Below, piece by piece: positions 37,956-49,601 of a DNA stretch of 64,000 nt; position 1 is the stretch's first letter, and each line of letters opens with the position of its first letter. The stretch covers positions 448,001 to 512,000 of the forward strand of contig OY970309.1 of assembly GCA_963716395.1 (NCBI GenBank), read 5' to 3'. Source of the DNA: an uncultured Fibrobacteria bacterium. Its GTDB lineage: Bacteria > Fibrobacterota > Fibrobacteria > UBA11236. The notes under the pieces are model-generated. The model made no database searches. It was given only the letters and a program-made list of their open reading frames with translations, and was not told where the DNA came from. Both the position numbers and the translations under genes were made by a program.

Positions 37956-40900
37956 TCAGCGATGCACCCACACGCGCAGCATCGAGAGCAGTTGCTCAGT
38001 GTTCACCGGTTTGGAGATGTAATCCGAGGCGCCGGCCTCGATGCACTTTTCGCGATCCCCTTTCATGGCTTTGGCGGTGAGGGCGATGATGGGCACGGCC
38101 CGGTATTTCGCCATGTGGCGGATCGTGCGCATGGTGTCGTAGCCGTCCATTTCAGGCATCATGATGTCCATGAGCATGACGTCGACGGCCTGCATGCCCC
38201 CCAGCATTTCAATAGCGTCTTTGCCGTTTTCGGTCGACACCACCTCCATGCCCTGGCGTTCCAGCAGGCTGGTCATGGAAAAGATGTTGCGCACATCGTC
38301 GTCGACCACCAGCACCTTTTTTCCCGCCAACGGCGCGTTCGACCGCCGCAATTCTTCCAGCATCTTGCGCTTATGTTCGGGCAATTCGCTTTGAGCCCGG
38401 TGCAGAAACAGCGCGGTTTCATCCAGCAGGCGTTCGGGCGAACGGGCGTCTTTGATGATCACCGACTGCGCCACCTCGCGCAATTGCCGCTCCTGTTCCC
38501 GGGTCAAATCCCGGCCGGTGTAAACCACGATGGGTACGGAGTGCAGCGACACATCGTTTTTGATCGCGTCGAGCAGCGCAAACCCGTCCATGTCCGGCAA
38601 ACCGATGTCGAGAACCACGCAATGAAAGGGCTGCGCGCGCAACCGTTCCAACGCATCCTGTCCGGTGCCCACGGCGACGGCATTGACGTCGGGACCGCTG
38701 ACGAGTTCAAGAATGCTGCGGCGCTGAACATCGTTGTCTTCGACCACCAGCAGGTTGCGCGAAGTGCGGCTCAAAAATTCCTGAATACGGTCGAAGGCCG
38801 TCTCCAGGCCTTGTTTCGACAGCGGCTTGGTCACGAACGACAGCGCGCCCAAACGCAGGCCGCGATCGCGCTCTTTGTCTTCGTCTTCCATGGAAATGAT
38901 GTGCACGGGAATATGGCGCGTGGCCGCATCATCTTTCAGGCGTTCCAGCACCGTCCACCCTTCGACGTCGGGCAGATGGATGTCGAGGGTGATGGCCGTG
39001 GGCCGGTATTCGCGCGCCAGGGCCAGCACGGCGTTGCCGCGCGGTACGACCACACCCTTGAACTCGCGCTCGTGCGCCATGTCGAGCAGGAGTTCGGCGA
39101 AATGGGGATCGTCTTCCACGATCATCATGACCGGCTGGCCGCCCCGGATGGAATCACGGTCGTCCAAAACTCCGGGGTCGCTTTCGGGACGGGCTTCGAA
39201 AAGCGACTCGACCGGAGACGGGATGGGCGGCAAGGCCAGGGCCGACTCGTCCAAAAACGGCATGCCGGATCGGCGGGTTCCCAGGTCGGCCTCCGCCACG
39301 GCGTTTTCGGGTTTTTTCGCGTCCGCGCTTGGCTCCAACGGAAGGTAAAGCGTGAAGGTGCTTCCCTTTTCGGGCGCGCTGCGCAGGCCGATTTCGCCGC
39401 CCAGCAGGCGGGCGATCTCGCGGCTGATGGAAAGGCCAAGGCCCGTGCCGCCATACTTGCGGCTGGTGGTGCCGTCGGCCTGCTGAAAAGCCTCGAAGAT
39501 CAGGCGTTGCTTTTCCGGCGGGATGCCGATGCCGGTGTCACTCACCGAAAAAGCCACCACGTGCGCGGCCAGATTCAGACTCGAACCCGAACTCCACCCG
39601 GTGTGGGCCATTTGAATGCGCAACTCCACACTGCCACGATCGGTAAACTTGAAGGCGTTGGACAGCAGATTTTTCAAGACCTGCTGCAGTCGTTTGACGT
39701 CGGTGTGCACGTAACGCGGAAGTTCCTCTTCGAGGACGACGCGGAATTCGAGACTCTTGCTTTCGGCCATGTGGCGGAAGGTGCGCTCGACGTAATTCTT
39801 GAGCTCGGCGAAGGGCTCATCGCTGGGCTCCAGGGTGACCGTGCCCGATTCGATCTTGGAAAGATCGAGAATATCGTTGATGAGATTCAACAGGTCGCTG
39901 CCCGCGGAGTGGATGGTTTGGGCGAACTGCACCTGCTTGGGGTGCAGATTGCCGTCGACGTTTTCACCCAACTGCTGCGCCAAAATAAGCAAGCTGTTGA
40001 GGGGCGTTCGCAGCTCATGCGACATGTTGGCGAGAAACTCCGATTTGTACTTCGAGGTCAACGCGAGCTGGGTGGCTTTCTCTTCCAGAGCCCTCTTGGC
40101 CTGCTCGACCTCGCGGTTCTTGCGTTCGACTTCGGCGTTCTGCTCGGCCAGCAGCTTGGCTTTTTCTTCCAGCTTTTCGTTGGTTTGTTCCAATTCTTCC
40201 TGACGGATTTGCAGTTCCTGGGCCAGCGACTGCGATTGCTTGAGCAAGCCTTCGGTGCGCATGTTGGCTTTGATGGTGTTGAGCACGATGCCGATGGATT
40301 CGGTGAGTTGTTCGAGAAAAGTGAGATGCGTGGCGCTGAAGCGCTCGAACGAGGCCAGTTCCATTACGCCTTTGACCTGGCCTTCGAAAATGACCGGAAG
40401 CACAATAATCGAAAACGGGGGCGCCTCGCCGAGGCCGGAGTTGACGGCGATATAATCCGAAGGAACATGGGTGAGAAGAATCCGCTCCTTGCCGACGGCG
40501 CATTGACCCACCAGGCCCTCCCCCATTTTGAATTCGGCCGTGACCGAGTTCCGGGAGTTGTAGGCGTAGCTGGCCATCAATTTGAGAATGGGCTCTTCTT
40601 CGTTGTTCTCCACCAGATAAAACACGCCGTGCTGCGCCCCGACCACCGGCGCCAGTTCGGCCAGAATGCGTTTCGTGACGGTGAGCAAATCCTTTTGCCC
40701 TTGCAGCATTTGCGTGAACTTGGCCAGATTGGTTTTCAGCCAATCCTGCTCGCTGTTCTTCTGCGTGGTTTCGCGCAGGTTCCGGATCATCTGGTTGATG
40801 TTGTCCTTGAGCGCTTCGACTTCGCCCTGGGCGCCGACCTGGATGGATCGGGTCAAATCGCCCTTGGTCACGGCGGTGGCCACCTCGGCGATGGCGCGCA

Positions 40901-43190
40901 CCTGGGTGGTCAGGTTGGCGGCCAACTGGTTCACGTTGTCGGTTAGCGCCTTCCAGGTGCCGGAAGCGCCCGGCACGCTGGCCTGGCCGCCCAGCTTGCC
41001 TTCGACGCCGACTTCGCGCGCCACCGTGGTGACCTGATCCGCGAAAATATCGAGCGTGTCGATCATGCCGTTGATCGTGTCGGCCAGGGCCGCGATTTCG
41101 CCCTTGGCCTCGAAAGCCAGTTTCTGCTTCAAATGCCCCTTGGCCACCGAGGTCACGACCTTGGCGATGCCGCGCACCTGATTGGTCAAATTGCCCGCCA
41201 TGAAGTTCACGCTGTCGGTGAGTTCCTTCCAGATTCCACCCACCCCGCCCACCTGGGCCTGGCCGCCGAGATTGCCCTCGGACCCGACTTCGCGCGCCAC
41301 GCGCGTCACCTCCGACGCAAACGAATTCAGTTGGTCGACCATGGTGTTGATGGTGTTTTTCAATTCCAGGATTTCGCCTTTGACATCGACGGTGATCTTC
41401 TTCGACAAATCGCCGTTGGCCACGGCCGTGGTGACCTGGGCGATGTTGCGCACCTGTCCGGTGAGGTTGCTGGCCATGAAATTCACGTTGTCGGTCAAAT
41501 CCTTCCAGGTGCCGGCCACTCCCTGCACATAGGCTTGGCCGCCCAGCTTGCCTTCGGTGCCCACCTCGCGCGCCACGCGCGTCACTTCGGAGGCAAAAGC
41601 GCGCAACTGATCGACCATGGTATTGATGGTGTCTTTGAGCTGCAAAAATTCGCCGCGCACGTCGACGGTGATCTTCTTCGACAAATCGCCGTTGGCCACC
41701 GAGATGGTGACTTCGGCGATGTTGCGCACCTGCGCCGTCAAATTGCTGGCCATGGAATTCACGTTGTCGGTCAAGTCCTTCCAGGTGCCCGACACGCCTT
41801 TCACCTGCGCCTGGCCGCCCAGCTTGCCGTCCGTCCCCACTTCCCGCGCCACGCGCGTTACCTCCGATGCGAACGAATTCAACTGATCCACCATGATGTT
41901 GATGGTGTCTTTGAGCCCGAGGATTTCCCCTTTCACGTCCACCGTGATCTTCTTCGACAGATCGCCGTTGGCGATGGCGGTGGATACTTCGGCGATATTG
42001 CGCACCTGCGCCGTCAGGTTGCTGGCCATGAGGTTCACGTTGTTGGTGAGAACCTTCCAAATGCCCGCCACGCCTTCCACCTCGGCCTGGCCGCCCAGCT
42101 TGCCGTCCGTCCCCACTTCCCGCGCCACGCGCGTCACCTCCGACGCAAACGAATTCAACTGATCCACCATGATGTTGATGGTGTCTTTCAACTCGAGAAT
42201 TTCACCTTTGGCTTCGGCCGTGATCTTTTTGGACAAATTACCGTTGGCCACGGCCGTAGTCACTTCGGCGATGTTGCGCACCTGCGCCGTCAGGTTACCC
42301 GCCATGGAATTCACGTTGTCGGTCAAATCTTTCCAGGTGCCGGCCACCCCCTTCACTTGCGCTTGGCCGCCCAGCTTGCCATCCGTGCCCACTTCCCGCG
42401 CCACACGCGTCACTTCCGACGCAAACGAATTCAACTGATCAACGGTGGCATTGATGGTGGTTTTCAATTCCAGAATTTCGCCCTTGGCCTCCACCGTGAT
42501 CTTCTTGGACAAATCGCCCTTGGCAATGGCCGTGGCCACCTCGGCGATGTTGCGCACCTGCCCGGTGAGATTGCTGGCCATGAGGTTCACATTGTCGGTG
42601 AGATCCTTCCACGTGCCCGATACGCCGCTCACTTCGGCCTGGCCACCCAGCTTGCCTTCGGACCCCACTTCCCGCGCGACACGCGTCACCTCGGACGCAA
42701 ACGAACTTAAGCGGTGCACCATGGTGTTGACGGTTTTGGCGGTGCGCAGGAATTCGCCGCGCAGGGGCTGGCCTTCGGATTCGAGGTTGACCGTCTGCGA
42801 AAGGTCGCCGTTCGAAACCGCGCCGATGACGCGCGACATTTCCCGGGTGGGCCAGACGAGATCGTCTATCAGATTGTTGAGTGAGTCGACGCTGGACGAC
42901 CAGGCCCCCTCCACCGGCCCCAAAGCGATACGCTGGTGGATTTTTCCCTCTTTGCCCACGGCCCGCAGAACCTTTTCCAGTTCCCCCGCCAGGCGGCGGT
43001 TCATGTCGAGCACTTCGTTGAAGGCGTCGGCGATTTTGCCGTCGATGCCCGTCCACCCTTCCCGCAAGCGCGCGTTGAAATCACCTTGGCGGAACGACTC
43101 CAACGCCGCCAGCAGTTTGCTTTTGTCGAGGCCGGCCTGTCCATTTTGGGTGAAAGGTTCCATGGGAAGGGGCAGGGTTTTATGCGGCAT
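37956..43190 (-). CDS. Poly-HAMP hybrid histidine kinase (HAMPn-GAF-HisKA-HATPase-3xREC; OsaA/group III-like)
   Basis: 92-aa HAMP repeats, [35 protein letters not shown], three receiver domains; no TM helix. Confidence 0.95.
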   Translation of the reverse strand: MPHKTLPLPMEPFTQNGQAGLDKSKLLAALESFRQGDFNARLREGWTGIDGKIADAFNEVLDMNRRLAGELEKVLRAVGKEGKIHQRIALGPVEGAWSSSVDSLNNLIDDLVWPTREMSRVIGAVSNGDLSQTVNLESEGQPLRGEFLRTAKTVNTMVHRLSSFASEVTRVAREVGSEGKLGGQAEVSGVSGTWKDLTDNVNLMASNLTGQVRNIAEVATAIAKGDLSKKITVEAKGEILELKTTINATVDQLNSFASEVTRVAREVGTDGKLGGQAQVKGVAGTWKDLTDNVNSMAGNLTAQVRNIAEVTTAVANGNLSKKITAEAKGEILELKDTINIMVDQLNSFASEVTRVAREVGTDGKLGGQAEVEGVAGIWKVLTNNVNLMASNLTAQVRNIAEVSTAIANGDLSKKITVDVKGEILGLKDTINIMVDQLNSFASEVTRVAREVGTDGKLGGQAQVKGVSGTWKDLTDNVNSMASNLTAQVRNIAEVTISVANGDLSKKITVDVRGEFLQLKDTINTMVDQLRAFASEVTRVAREVGTEGKLGGQAYVQGVAGTWKDLTDNVNFMASNLTGQVRNIAQVTTAVANGDLSKKITVDVKGEILELKNTINTMVDQLNSFASEVTRVAREVGSEGNLGGQAQVGGVGGIWKELTDSVNFMAGNLTNQVRGIAKVVTSVAKGHLKQKLAFEAKGEIAALADTINGMIDTLDIFADQVTTVAREVGVEGKLGGQASVPGASGTWKALTDNVNQLAANLTTQVRAIAEVATAVTKGDLTRSIQVGAQGEVEALKDNINQMIRNLRETTQKNSEQDWLKTNLAKFTQMLQGQKDLLTVTKRILAELAPVVGAQHGVFYLVENNEEEPILKLMASYAYNSRNSVTAEFKMGEGLVGQCAVGKERILLTHVPSDYIAVNSGLGEAPPFSIIVLPVIFEGQVKGVMELASFERFSATHLTFLEQLTESIGIVLNTIKANMRTEGLLKQSQSLAQELQIRQEELEQTNEKLEEKAKLLAEQNAEVERKNREVEQAKRALEEKATQLALTSKYKSEFLANMSHELRTPLNSLLILAQQLGENVDGNLHPKQVQFAQTIHSAGSDLLNLINDILDLSKIESGTVTLEPSDEPFAELKNYVERTFRHMAESKSLEFRVVLEEELPRYVHTDVKRLQQVLKNLLSNAFKFTDRGSVELRIQMAHTGWSSGSSLNLAAHVVAFSVSDTGIGIPPEKQRLIFEAFQQADGTTSRKYGGTGLGLSISREIARLLGGEIGLRSAPEKGSTFTLYLPLEPSADAKKPENAVAEADLGTRRSGMPFLDESALALPPIPSPVESLFEARPESDPGVLDDRDSIRGGQPVMMIVEDDPHFAELLLDMAHEREFKGVVVPRGNAVLALAREYRPTAITLDIHLPDVEGWTVLERLKDDAATRHIPVHIISMEDEDKERDRGLRLGALSFVTKPLSKQGLETAFDRIQEFLSRTSRNLLVVEDNDVQRRSILELVSGPDVNAVAVGTGQDALERLRAQPFHCVVLDIGLPDMDGFALLDAIKNDVSLHSVPIVVYTGRDLTREQERQLREVAQSVIIKDARSPERLLDETALFLHRAQSELPEHKRKMLEELRRSNAPLAGKKVLVVDDDVRNIFSMTSLLERQGMEVVSTENGKDAIEMLGGMQAVDVMLMDIMMPEMDGYDTMRTIRHMAKYRAVPIIALTAKAMKGDREKCIEAGASDYISKPVNTEQLLSMLRVWVHR
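40850..43000 (-). repeat. 276-bp coding tandem repeat (poly-HAMP)
   Basis: Seven conserved (R/T)VAREVG..G.LGGQA units plus one degenerate unit; antisense ORF starts at 41617/41893/42169/42445 show the 276-nt period. Confidence 0.9.
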
Positions 43191-43222
43191 GAAATGATCT
43201 CCTGGAGTGGAACGGATGGGTA

Positions 43223-43639
43223 TCAGTCTGAGGCGCCGGCTTTTTCCTGCGGCGCCGTAGGCAAGATTTCGCGCAGCTTTTGCAACAACAGGGAAGGGGC
43301 AAAGGGTTTTTGCAGAAACTCCACCTTCGCGGCCACGATGTCTTTGACCACCTCTTCGTCGTTGGTATAACCGGACATGAAAATGATTTTGAGATCGGGG
43401 TACAACCGGAGCAGGTGTTGCGCCAATTGGCTTCCATTCATTTTCGGCATGACCAAATCGGTAAGCACCAAATCCGGCATTTTGCCGGCGCCCACGGCGG
43501 CCAGAGCCGATTCCCCGTTGGCGGCTTCCAGCACCCGGTAACCCGCATATTGCAGAACCTCGCGCAGCATGGTGCGGAGAATGCTTTCGTCTTCCACCAC
43601 CAGAATCGTTTCCCGGCTGGGGGTTTTCTCCGAAGTCAT
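43223..43639 (-). CDS. Single-domain response regulator
   Basis: ETILVVED, LTDLVMP, FMSGY, LQKPF. Confidence 0.9.
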   Translation of the reverse strand: MTSEKTPSRETILVVEDESILRTMLREVLQYAGYRVLEAANGESALAAVGAGKMPDLVLTDLVMPKMNGSQLAQHLLRLYPDLKIIFMSGYTNDEEVVKDIVAAKVEFLQKPFAPSLLLQKLREILPTAPQEKAGASD

Positions 43640-43652
43640 GGGCTGGGCCTTC

Positions 43653-43868
43653 TTATCGAGGTGAGGGTTCCGCCAGGGCGCGGGCCATCTGTGCAAACCC
43701 GCGCCCCCACGCCTGGATGTCATCAACGGGCGTACTGGAAACTTCGGCCAAATTCTGTGGGCCCTCTTGGCGACGAAACCACCTCAAAATGAAAGGGCGG
43801 CCTGGGATCTCCCCATCCGAATATCCGCGCGGACGGGTGCCGGCGGCAGCTTGTTCGGCGAATGTCAT
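43653..43868 (-). CDS. Small ORF resembling the C-terminal (PAC) half of a PAS domain
   Basis: GAAGGGGG RBS before ATG 43868; RWFRRQEG..AEVSSTPV...GFAQMAR parallels WVRKDG...PL...GFAQVTR in the upstream PAS protein. Confidence 0.5.
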   Translation of the reverse strand: MTFAEQAAAGTRPRGYSDGEIPGRPFILRWFRRQEGPQNLAEVSSTPVDDIQAWGRGFAQMARALAEPSPR

Positions 43869-43900
43869 GAATCCCCCTTCCGATTCGTTTCGCGTTAAAT

Positions 43901-44863
43901 TCAAGGACGTCCGGTCAGCACGCCCGCGATTTCCGCCGCCTTCTTGTTGACGTAGATGACCGTGTCACCACGTGTGATTACAATCACTGCTTCTTTCAAT
44001 TTGCGAGGCGCCAAATCCCAATTCTCCCGGATCAAGCCGGAACCGGCTGCGCCCTTCTCCCCGGACTCCCGTATAGCCAGGACGAATCCGTTCACCGTTC
44101 CCTGCAAACTGTAAACGGGTGACAAAGCGGATTCGACAAAGACGCGTACTCCGTCATTACGCAGCCACCATTCCCGTTGGCGGGAACACCCCTCCTCCTT
44201 GGCTTGGTTCAACCAGGCAGAAGGTTTGCCGAGTCTTAAATCTTCTTCGGTAAAAAAATGGCTGAGGGGCCGCCCGATGATTTCATCGGATCGATAACCC
44301 GTCATCCGCTGCGCGGTCGCATTCCAGTTGGAAACGCGCGCTTCGGCGTCCAACGAGAATACTGCGGAGTCCGGCACGGAATCGATCAGAAATTGATATT
44401 GCTGTTCGACCTGCCAAAGGCATTCGGTGGAACGCTCCAGCGCCTCCTGCGTCCTCCGGGCCAGAGTCAAGTCGCGGGTCACCTGGGCAAAACCGGTCAC
44501 GCTTCCCGCGCCGTCCGCCATCAAGGGAAGAATGTGGACCTTGGCCCAAAACCGGGTTCCGTCTTTGCGTACCCACCATTCCTCGTCTTCGGCGCGGCCT
44601 TCGCTCAAGACTTGCGCCAGGAGCCGCCGGGCTTTGCCGGTTTCGCGGCTTTCTCTGGTGTGGAACTTGTCGAAAGGCTGATTCAGAATTTCATCGGAAC
44701 TGTAGCCGTACATGCTTTCGGCTTCTGCGTTCCAACCGACCACATGGCCATCAAGGTCGAGCATGCAAACCGAACCGTCCATTAAGGCTGCCGCCATGCG
44801 TTGGAAAAACTCGGCGGTTTGGGCCGACGCATTTCCAAGTTCTTGGGTGGCTACGTTCAGCAT
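43901..44863 (-). CDS. PAS-domain-only protein (two PAS plus truncated third PAS)
   Basis: Two WN..A..M.GY..DEI / R(K/N)DG PAS-PAC units; ends EAVIVI...VIYVNKKAAEIAG and then stops. Confidence 0.8.
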   Translation of the reverse strand: MLNVATQELGNASAQTAEFFQRMAAALMDGSVCMLDLDGHVVGWNAEAESMYGYSSDEILNQPFDKFHTRESRETGKARRLLAQVLSEGRAEDEEWWVRKDGTRFWAKVHILPLMADGAGSVTGFAQVTRDLTLARRTQEALERSTECLWQVEQQYQFLIDSVPDSAVFSLDAEARVSNWNATAQRMTGYRSDEIIGRPLSHFFTEEDLRLGKPSAWLNQAKEEGCSRQREWWLRNDGVRVFVESALSPVYSLQGTVNGFVLAIRESGEKGAAGSGLIRENWDLAPRKLKEAVIVITRGDTVIYVNKKAAEIAGVLTGRP

Positions 44864-44897
44864 GGCCTTAATAGTTTTACAAAGATTTTACCTCAAG

Positions 44898-44927
44898 ATT
44901 ATGATCTAATTTTCCGTAAAGCGTCAA
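44898..44927 (-). promoter_or_regulatory. Sigma-70-like promoter for the signalling cluster
   Basis: Minus strand TTGACG, 18 bp, CATAAT, about 35 nt before ATG 44863. Confidence 0.5.
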
Positions 44928-45304
44928 GTCAACAATATTTTGCGGTTATTTCACTGAAATATGAAGCGAAATTGTCATTAAGGCATTGCCAACGCGTGCC
45001 AACCAACCTAAACCGTCGGCATCCGTCTGCACAAAAATCCGTCTTTGAATGGCGAAAATCGATTCCCGGCAGTTCTACGCTTGACCATTTTCGATGGCCC
45101 AAAACATAGGTCCGGAGTGCACGCCATTTTTCCAAGTTGAAAATGACGCTCTAACTCACGATTGTCCTAGGGGTGGTCGAGGCATTAACCTTCGCCCGCT
45201 AAATCTGGGTCGATATTGCTGGGAAAGATTTCCAATGAATTTTATGCCTTGCCACAAAAGGCAAAGCGGAGAAATTGGTGTCGGGCGGGTTTTTAAAATT
45301 GCAT

Positions 45305-45334
45305 AAAAAAGGCATCGGATTACCGATGCCTTTT
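45305..45334 (-). terminator. Intrinsic terminator of the barrel-ThuA operon
   Basis: AAAAAA-GGCATCGG-ATTA-CCGATGCC-TTTT. Confidence 0.9.
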
Positions 45335-45360
45335 CACTCCGCTTTGGCTGGAAACCTTTT

Positions 45361-46575
45361 TTAGAGCATTACCCGCTGGGTATAAGTCTTCTTGGCGGAT
45401 TTAACTTGAACAATGTAGAGGGACGGACCTTTGAGATTGGAGAAGTAATAGTCTTTATCTCCGCTTCCCATACCGCGCGCAACGTTCTCGCCCGAAAGCG
45501 TGTATACGTTTACTTCGTTTCTTCCCGCTCCGTCAACATGAACATAGAGGACACCATTCTTGTTCTGCGCTTGTAGAATTCCTCCTACGCTGGCGTCCGA
45601 GGAACGGACGGATACGGGTTGGTCGACGTACAATCCCGCGGCCCATTTGAGTGACTGCCAAAGCCAGCCTTTGGTCATCAGAGTATGCGAAGTATCGGAA
45701 AATACCGTGTCGCCCTGCTGCTTGGCCCCTTGGCCAACGGTTTCGGGAGCGTGATTCGAACTCGTACCATCCCAGGCGCCGGTTTCATGGCCCCGGGCGA
45801 AATAGATGAAACGCCCTTGGGGTCCGCCAGTTGAATCGGGAGGCAAATGATAGGCCCACATCACCGGATGCCCAACGCCCATTGCAGACCCGGATGGAAC
45901 CTGATAAGTGGTTTCATCGATCGTCATCAGCACATCGGCAATGGGGCGGGGATCCGGGCTGACGGAATACCATTCATCGGGATAGGTGAAATGGGTGTTA
46001 TGAGGAAAAATGGACCGGATGGAATCATACTCGGGTTTCATCGACCGCACCACTCCACTGGTTTTCAAAGTGTCCCATTGAACCTGGGCATTTGGATCGG
46101 AGCCCCAGTTGGAATGCTGCGTGAAAATTGCTCCGCTGAGAACTGAATCCCGCAACCAAGGCCAAGTATTGTTGTGATCCAATAATCCATGAATTCCTAC
46201 GCAACCGCCCCCGGCTTTCAAATAGCGCTGAAAAGCGTGTTGAGCTCCGGTATCGCCAACCGCACCAGCTCCGCCCACGCGGGTGCCGCCGTTGAAAACG
46301 ACCACATCATAAGTCTTGAGGCTGTCATCCGTAAAAACCTTATCGATATCCGCCTGGGTGGCGGGAATGGTGCATTTGAACCCGTACTTGGGTCCCAGAT
46401 AAGTATTATAATAGTTGGAGGTATAATTAATTTGATCGGTATGAACGAACCCGCCTGATCCGCATTCGTTGATGACCAATACTTTTTTCAACTGATACGT
46501 TTTGGCGTACCCGCTACCCAACGCCATGGCTACAAGGCCGGCACCAAGAAATGATTTGTTTATCAAGTTATACAT
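45361..46575 (-). CDS. Secreted ThuA-domain protein with C-terminal sorting-like domain
   Basis: Signal peptide; GFVH, YDVVVF, AFQRYLKAGGGCVGIH, DEWY, DETTY, HPVMW, GRFIYFARGH; tail VYTLSGENV...LYIVQVKS; GGAGAGG RBS. Confidence 0.85.
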   Translation of the reverse strand: MYNLINKSFLGAGLVAMALGSGYAKTYQLKKVLVINECGSGGFVHTDQINYTSNYYNTYLGPKYGFKCTIPATQADIDKVFTDDSLKTYDVVVFNGGTRVGGAGAVGDTGAQHAFQRYLKAGGGCVGIHGLLDHNNTWPWLRDSVLSGAIFTQHSNWGSDPNAQVQWDTLKTSGVVRSMKPEYDSIRSIFPHNTHFTYPDEWYSVSPDPRPIADVLMTIDETTYQVPSGSAMGVGHPVMWAYHLPPDSTGGPQGRFIYFARGHETGAWDGTSSNHAPETVGQGAKQQGDTVFSDTSHTLMTKGWLWQSLKWAAGLYVDQPVSVRSSDASVGGILQAQNKNGVLYVHVDGAGRNEVNVYTLSGENVARGMGSGDKDYYFSNLKGPSLYIVQVKSAKKTYTQRVML

Positions 46576-46669
46576 GGTATTCCCTCTCCCGAAACCCCTA
46601 TTTAGAGATATGAGTGATCTTTTTTTGTCCTTCCGTACCAACCGGCATTCACCCACTTAACCTATCGCA

Positions 46670-48007
46670 TTAAATCCCAAACTGCAAGCGGAAAAGGTAA
46701 TACCACTGGCTGGGACGTTGCGTTATCGAAAGCCTGGTCAGAACGTTGTTCTGATCGATACCGCGCGTCCAATCGCTGGCCGCTTGCGCGAAAATCGACA
46801 CCCCTTTAACAATTGTCTTTTCCGCGTAAACAGCCCATTTATTGTCCTGAGCCTTAATTGCTTCCGTAGGATTGCTGCCGGATTGGTAGTCCGAGAGGCT
46901 GATGTCCCAATAGGGCGCATCGTTATCGTTTATCTGGCCAGTGCTATTTAAAAAACCCCACTTTCGGTACTCGTATTCAACTGAAAGCACATCGAAAAAA
47001 TTAAATGTGGGCAGATTAAACCCAACCATCAAGGGCACACGCTGCATCAGGCTGTTGTAATACAAGGGGTAATTTTTAATTCCCAAGATCGCGGCCTCGC
47101 CGTATAACTTCAAACCATCATGGCCAATCCACGGGTTGTCCAAGAGCGCTCCAAAATTAAGAGAAGCATGCGCCATGAGTTTTACACCCTGAAACGTAAA
47201 GCGATTTCCCGAATCTATAGGAGCATTCGCAAAGTCGATGACCGAATCTCCCTGAATCAGATATTCTCTTCCCTTTAATACGCTGGGCTTGAAAGAAATC
47301 AAGTGGGCAAATTCAGCGCCAGTCCCTAAATCAAAAAAATCAGACGGCTTATAATCCAAAACAAGACTGGGACTCAAATCATGATTTGGCTCAATGTCGC
47401 GCTCGATAAAAACGTTAAAATCCGTGCTTAATTTTCCGTCCAAAAAGCTCCCGTTGACCCGCAAACCAGAGGCCATATACAGTGCACTGTTCATGAGGCT
47501 CCAGCCAGCCGTTCCGGTCACTTCATAACCCGGATACGTTCCGTCGCGAAGCAAGAACTCCCCCAAATCCTTGGCGTCGGAATTGTATTTGTAAGGAAAG
47601 TATCCGAACTGGAAAGTCCAAGACGGATTGTTTACATCCCCGAGCTTATAGATTCCCTGCGCCTGACCCACGCCGGGGCCGAAACGCAGGCTGCGGGAAG
47701 TTGCGTTATTGGGATTCTCGGGGAAAGAGTAATAGAACAGCCCTCCCACCCCAATTTTGATGGCCAGTCGCTCGGCCACCGTGGTGGTTTGATTTAAATA
47801 AACGGCGGTTCGCTGAAGGACGGCCCCATCCGGACTAATGTCGTTTGCCGGATCCGCAATTCCTCCTTTGACGACCTGCCCAATATCGATGTATGACCCG
47901 ATCTCCAAAGGAGAACGATCCACCTGGACATCGGCAAACGAACCGAGGGGCAAGGCGCAAATCCATACCGCTGCAAAAACCGCTTTCATGATTGTTTGTT
48001 TTTTCAT
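46670..48007 (-). CDS. Putative OM beta-barrel, paralog A
   Basis: Signal peptide; GYFPYKYNSDAKDLGEFLLR..YPG, YGEAAILGIKNYP, RVPLMVGFNLPT, ends WYYLFRLQFGI. Confidence 0.75.
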   Translation of the reverse strand: MKKQTIMKAVFAAVWICALPLGSFADVQVDRSPLEIGSYIDIGQVVKGGIADPANDISPDGAVLQRTAVYLNQTTTVAERLAIKIGVGGLFYYSFPENPNNATSRSLRFGPGVGQAQGIYKLGDVNNPSWTFQFGYFPYKYNSDAKDLGEFLLRDGTYPGYEVTGTAGWSLMNSALYMASGLRVNGSFLDGKLSTDFNVFIERDIEPNHDLSPSLVLDYKPSDFFDLGTGAEFAHLISFKPSVLKGREYLIQGDSVIDFANAPIDSGNRFTFQGVKLMAHASLNFGALLDNPWIGHDGLKLYGEAAILGIKNYPLYYNSLMQRVPLMVGFNLPTFNFFDVLSVEYEYRKWGFLNSTGQINDNDAPYWDISLSDYQSGSNPTEAIKAQDNKWAVYAEKTIVKGVSIFAQAASDWTRGIDQNNVLTRLSITQRPSQWYYLFRLQFGI

Positions 48008-48025
48008 AGTCAGTCCCGTCTTGGA

Positions 48026-49441
48026 TCAGATGCCCAAATCCAACCGCACGAGGTAATACCAATCGCTGGGCGTATTAATAATGGGCTCAGGCAAGGGAAC
48101 GAGAACGCCCGGGCCCACATTGGCGTCATACCCGCGCAGATAATCGCTGGCCGCCTGCGCATACAAGGTTAAACCGGGTACCAAGGTTCGCTTCAGATAA
48201 ATCGACCACTTAAAAGCCCGGTGCGATAAAGAATTCTTATCATACGGGGCAATTACGGACCCATCGTTGGGGTTTACACCTCCGTATAAGAGGTCGTGGT
48301 AACTCTCGCCCACAGGTTGGATGCCGGGAATGGGAACGGCGTCCTTCCAGTAGGACCAAAATATGCTGTAGGGAAAGGCGGGTTTGAGATACTCAACCTC
48401 AAGAGAAAGCTTGTCCAACAGTTTGAACGTGGGAAAATTAAAGCCCACCATGACGGGCATGCGATTGCGAATATTACTGTAATAATAGGGGTAATCCTTT
48501 ATTCCCAAAATCGCCGCTTCGGAGTAAAGCTTCAAATCATCCGGGCCGAGCAGGTCGGATTGTAAAAGGGATTGAAAGTTGATTGAAATTCGGGCCATCA
48601 CCTTGGTAGCCCGAAAGGTGTAATTCGAGTAACCCGTGTCATTTATATTTGTAACAACGGTATCGTCTGCATAACGATTCATGGGCTGGGTCGTGACTTC
48701 TCCCGTGGCCGTGGAATAGACCGGTGTAAGCTGCGGTCCGGTGGGGGTCGTGCTGCTGGGCTTAAATGAAATCAGATGCGCGAAAGCCACACCCCCGCCC
48801 AATTCGATTACGGAATTAGGCTTGTAAGAAAAGACATAAGCCGGGGTGATGTCTCCCGTCGGCTCAATACCGCGCTCCGTATAAGCCACAAGACGATGGG
48901 TAATCGGACCGGTATGCAGTTCGAGTTCCGCGCCTTCCAACTGCATCTCGGTGGAATTGATCTCGCTCAGCCCTCCCGTAACCATGATGGTGGGATAAGC
49001 CTCATCACGCAACAGGTACTCTCCCAGATTCGTTGCGTCCGGGTTGTACTTGAACGGAATGATGCCGAATTGAAAGCGACCGATTGGATCATCCACGTCG
49101 CCTAATTTGACGGACCCCAAAGCTTCGGAAACGGTGGTGCCGAATTTGATGGTTCTTTGATATTGAAGGCCGATGGAATTGGGAATGGTGTAAAAAAATA
49201 CCCCTCCCAATCCGATGGCAAAATCGAGCCGATCGCCAACCTTAACCTCTTGGGACAGGGAGAGAGCGGTTGTCTGAAGCATTTCACCGTTACTTACCTG
49301 GGGATAATTGGTATGAATGATTTGGCCCGCATCAAAAGTGACATCTGTCTGCAATGGTTTCCGCACAACATCGGTTTGCGCCAAAGAAAAAACCGTAAGT
49401 GGTACGGCCATGATCAGAAATCGCCCGATGCGATAACTCAT
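48026..49441 (-). CDS. Putative OM beta-barrel, paralog B
   Basis: Signal peptide; PFKYNPDATNLGEYLLR..YP, YSEAAILGIKDYP, RMPVMVGFNFPT, ends WYYLVRLDLGI. Confidence 0.75.
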   Translation of the reverse strand: MSYRIGRFLIMAVPLTVFSLAQTDVVRKPLQTDVTFDAGQIIHTNYPQVSNGEMLQTTALSLSQEVKVGDRLDFAIGLGGVFFYTIPNSIGLQYQRTIKFGTTVSEALGSVKLGDVDDPIGRFQFGIIPFKYNPDATNLGEYLLRDEAYPTIMVTGGLSEINSTEMQLEGAELELHTGPITHRLVAYTERGIEPTGDITPAYVFSYKPNSVIELGGGVAFAHLISFKPSSTTPTGPQLTPVYSTATGEVTTQPMNRYADDTVVTNINDTGYSNYTFRATKVMARISINFQSLLQSDLLGPDDLKLYSEAAILGIKDYPYYYSNIRNRMPVMVGFNFPTFKLLDKLSLEVEYLKPAFPYSIFWSYWKDAVPIPGIQPVGESYHDLLYGGVNPNDGSVIAPYDKNSLSHRAFKWSIYLKRTLVPGLTLYAQAASDYLRGYDANVGPGVLVPLPEPIINTPSDWYYLVRLDLGI

Positions 49442-49573
49442 AAAGCTTCCAACCTTATTTTTCAGAACAAACCATTAGCGGACAACACTTGATAGCCCGC
49501 CCCGCTTGCTAGAACAAAAATTTCCGGAAAGTACCAAGATTTTTCTTTTGGTTGTGTTTGTAGATGGAATCAA

Positions 49574-49601
49574 AATGTAAGCCTCGTTTTGAGATTTTCA
49601 A
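49574..49601 (-). promoter_or_regulatory. Possible sigma-70 promoter for the leftward barrel operon
   Basis: Minus strand TTGAAA, 16 bp, TACATT. Confidence 0.3.

Noticed and set aside
40850-43000. Regular DNA repeats that might suggest a CRISPR array
   Set aside because: 276-bp in-frame HAMP units with no unique spacers and no cas genes.
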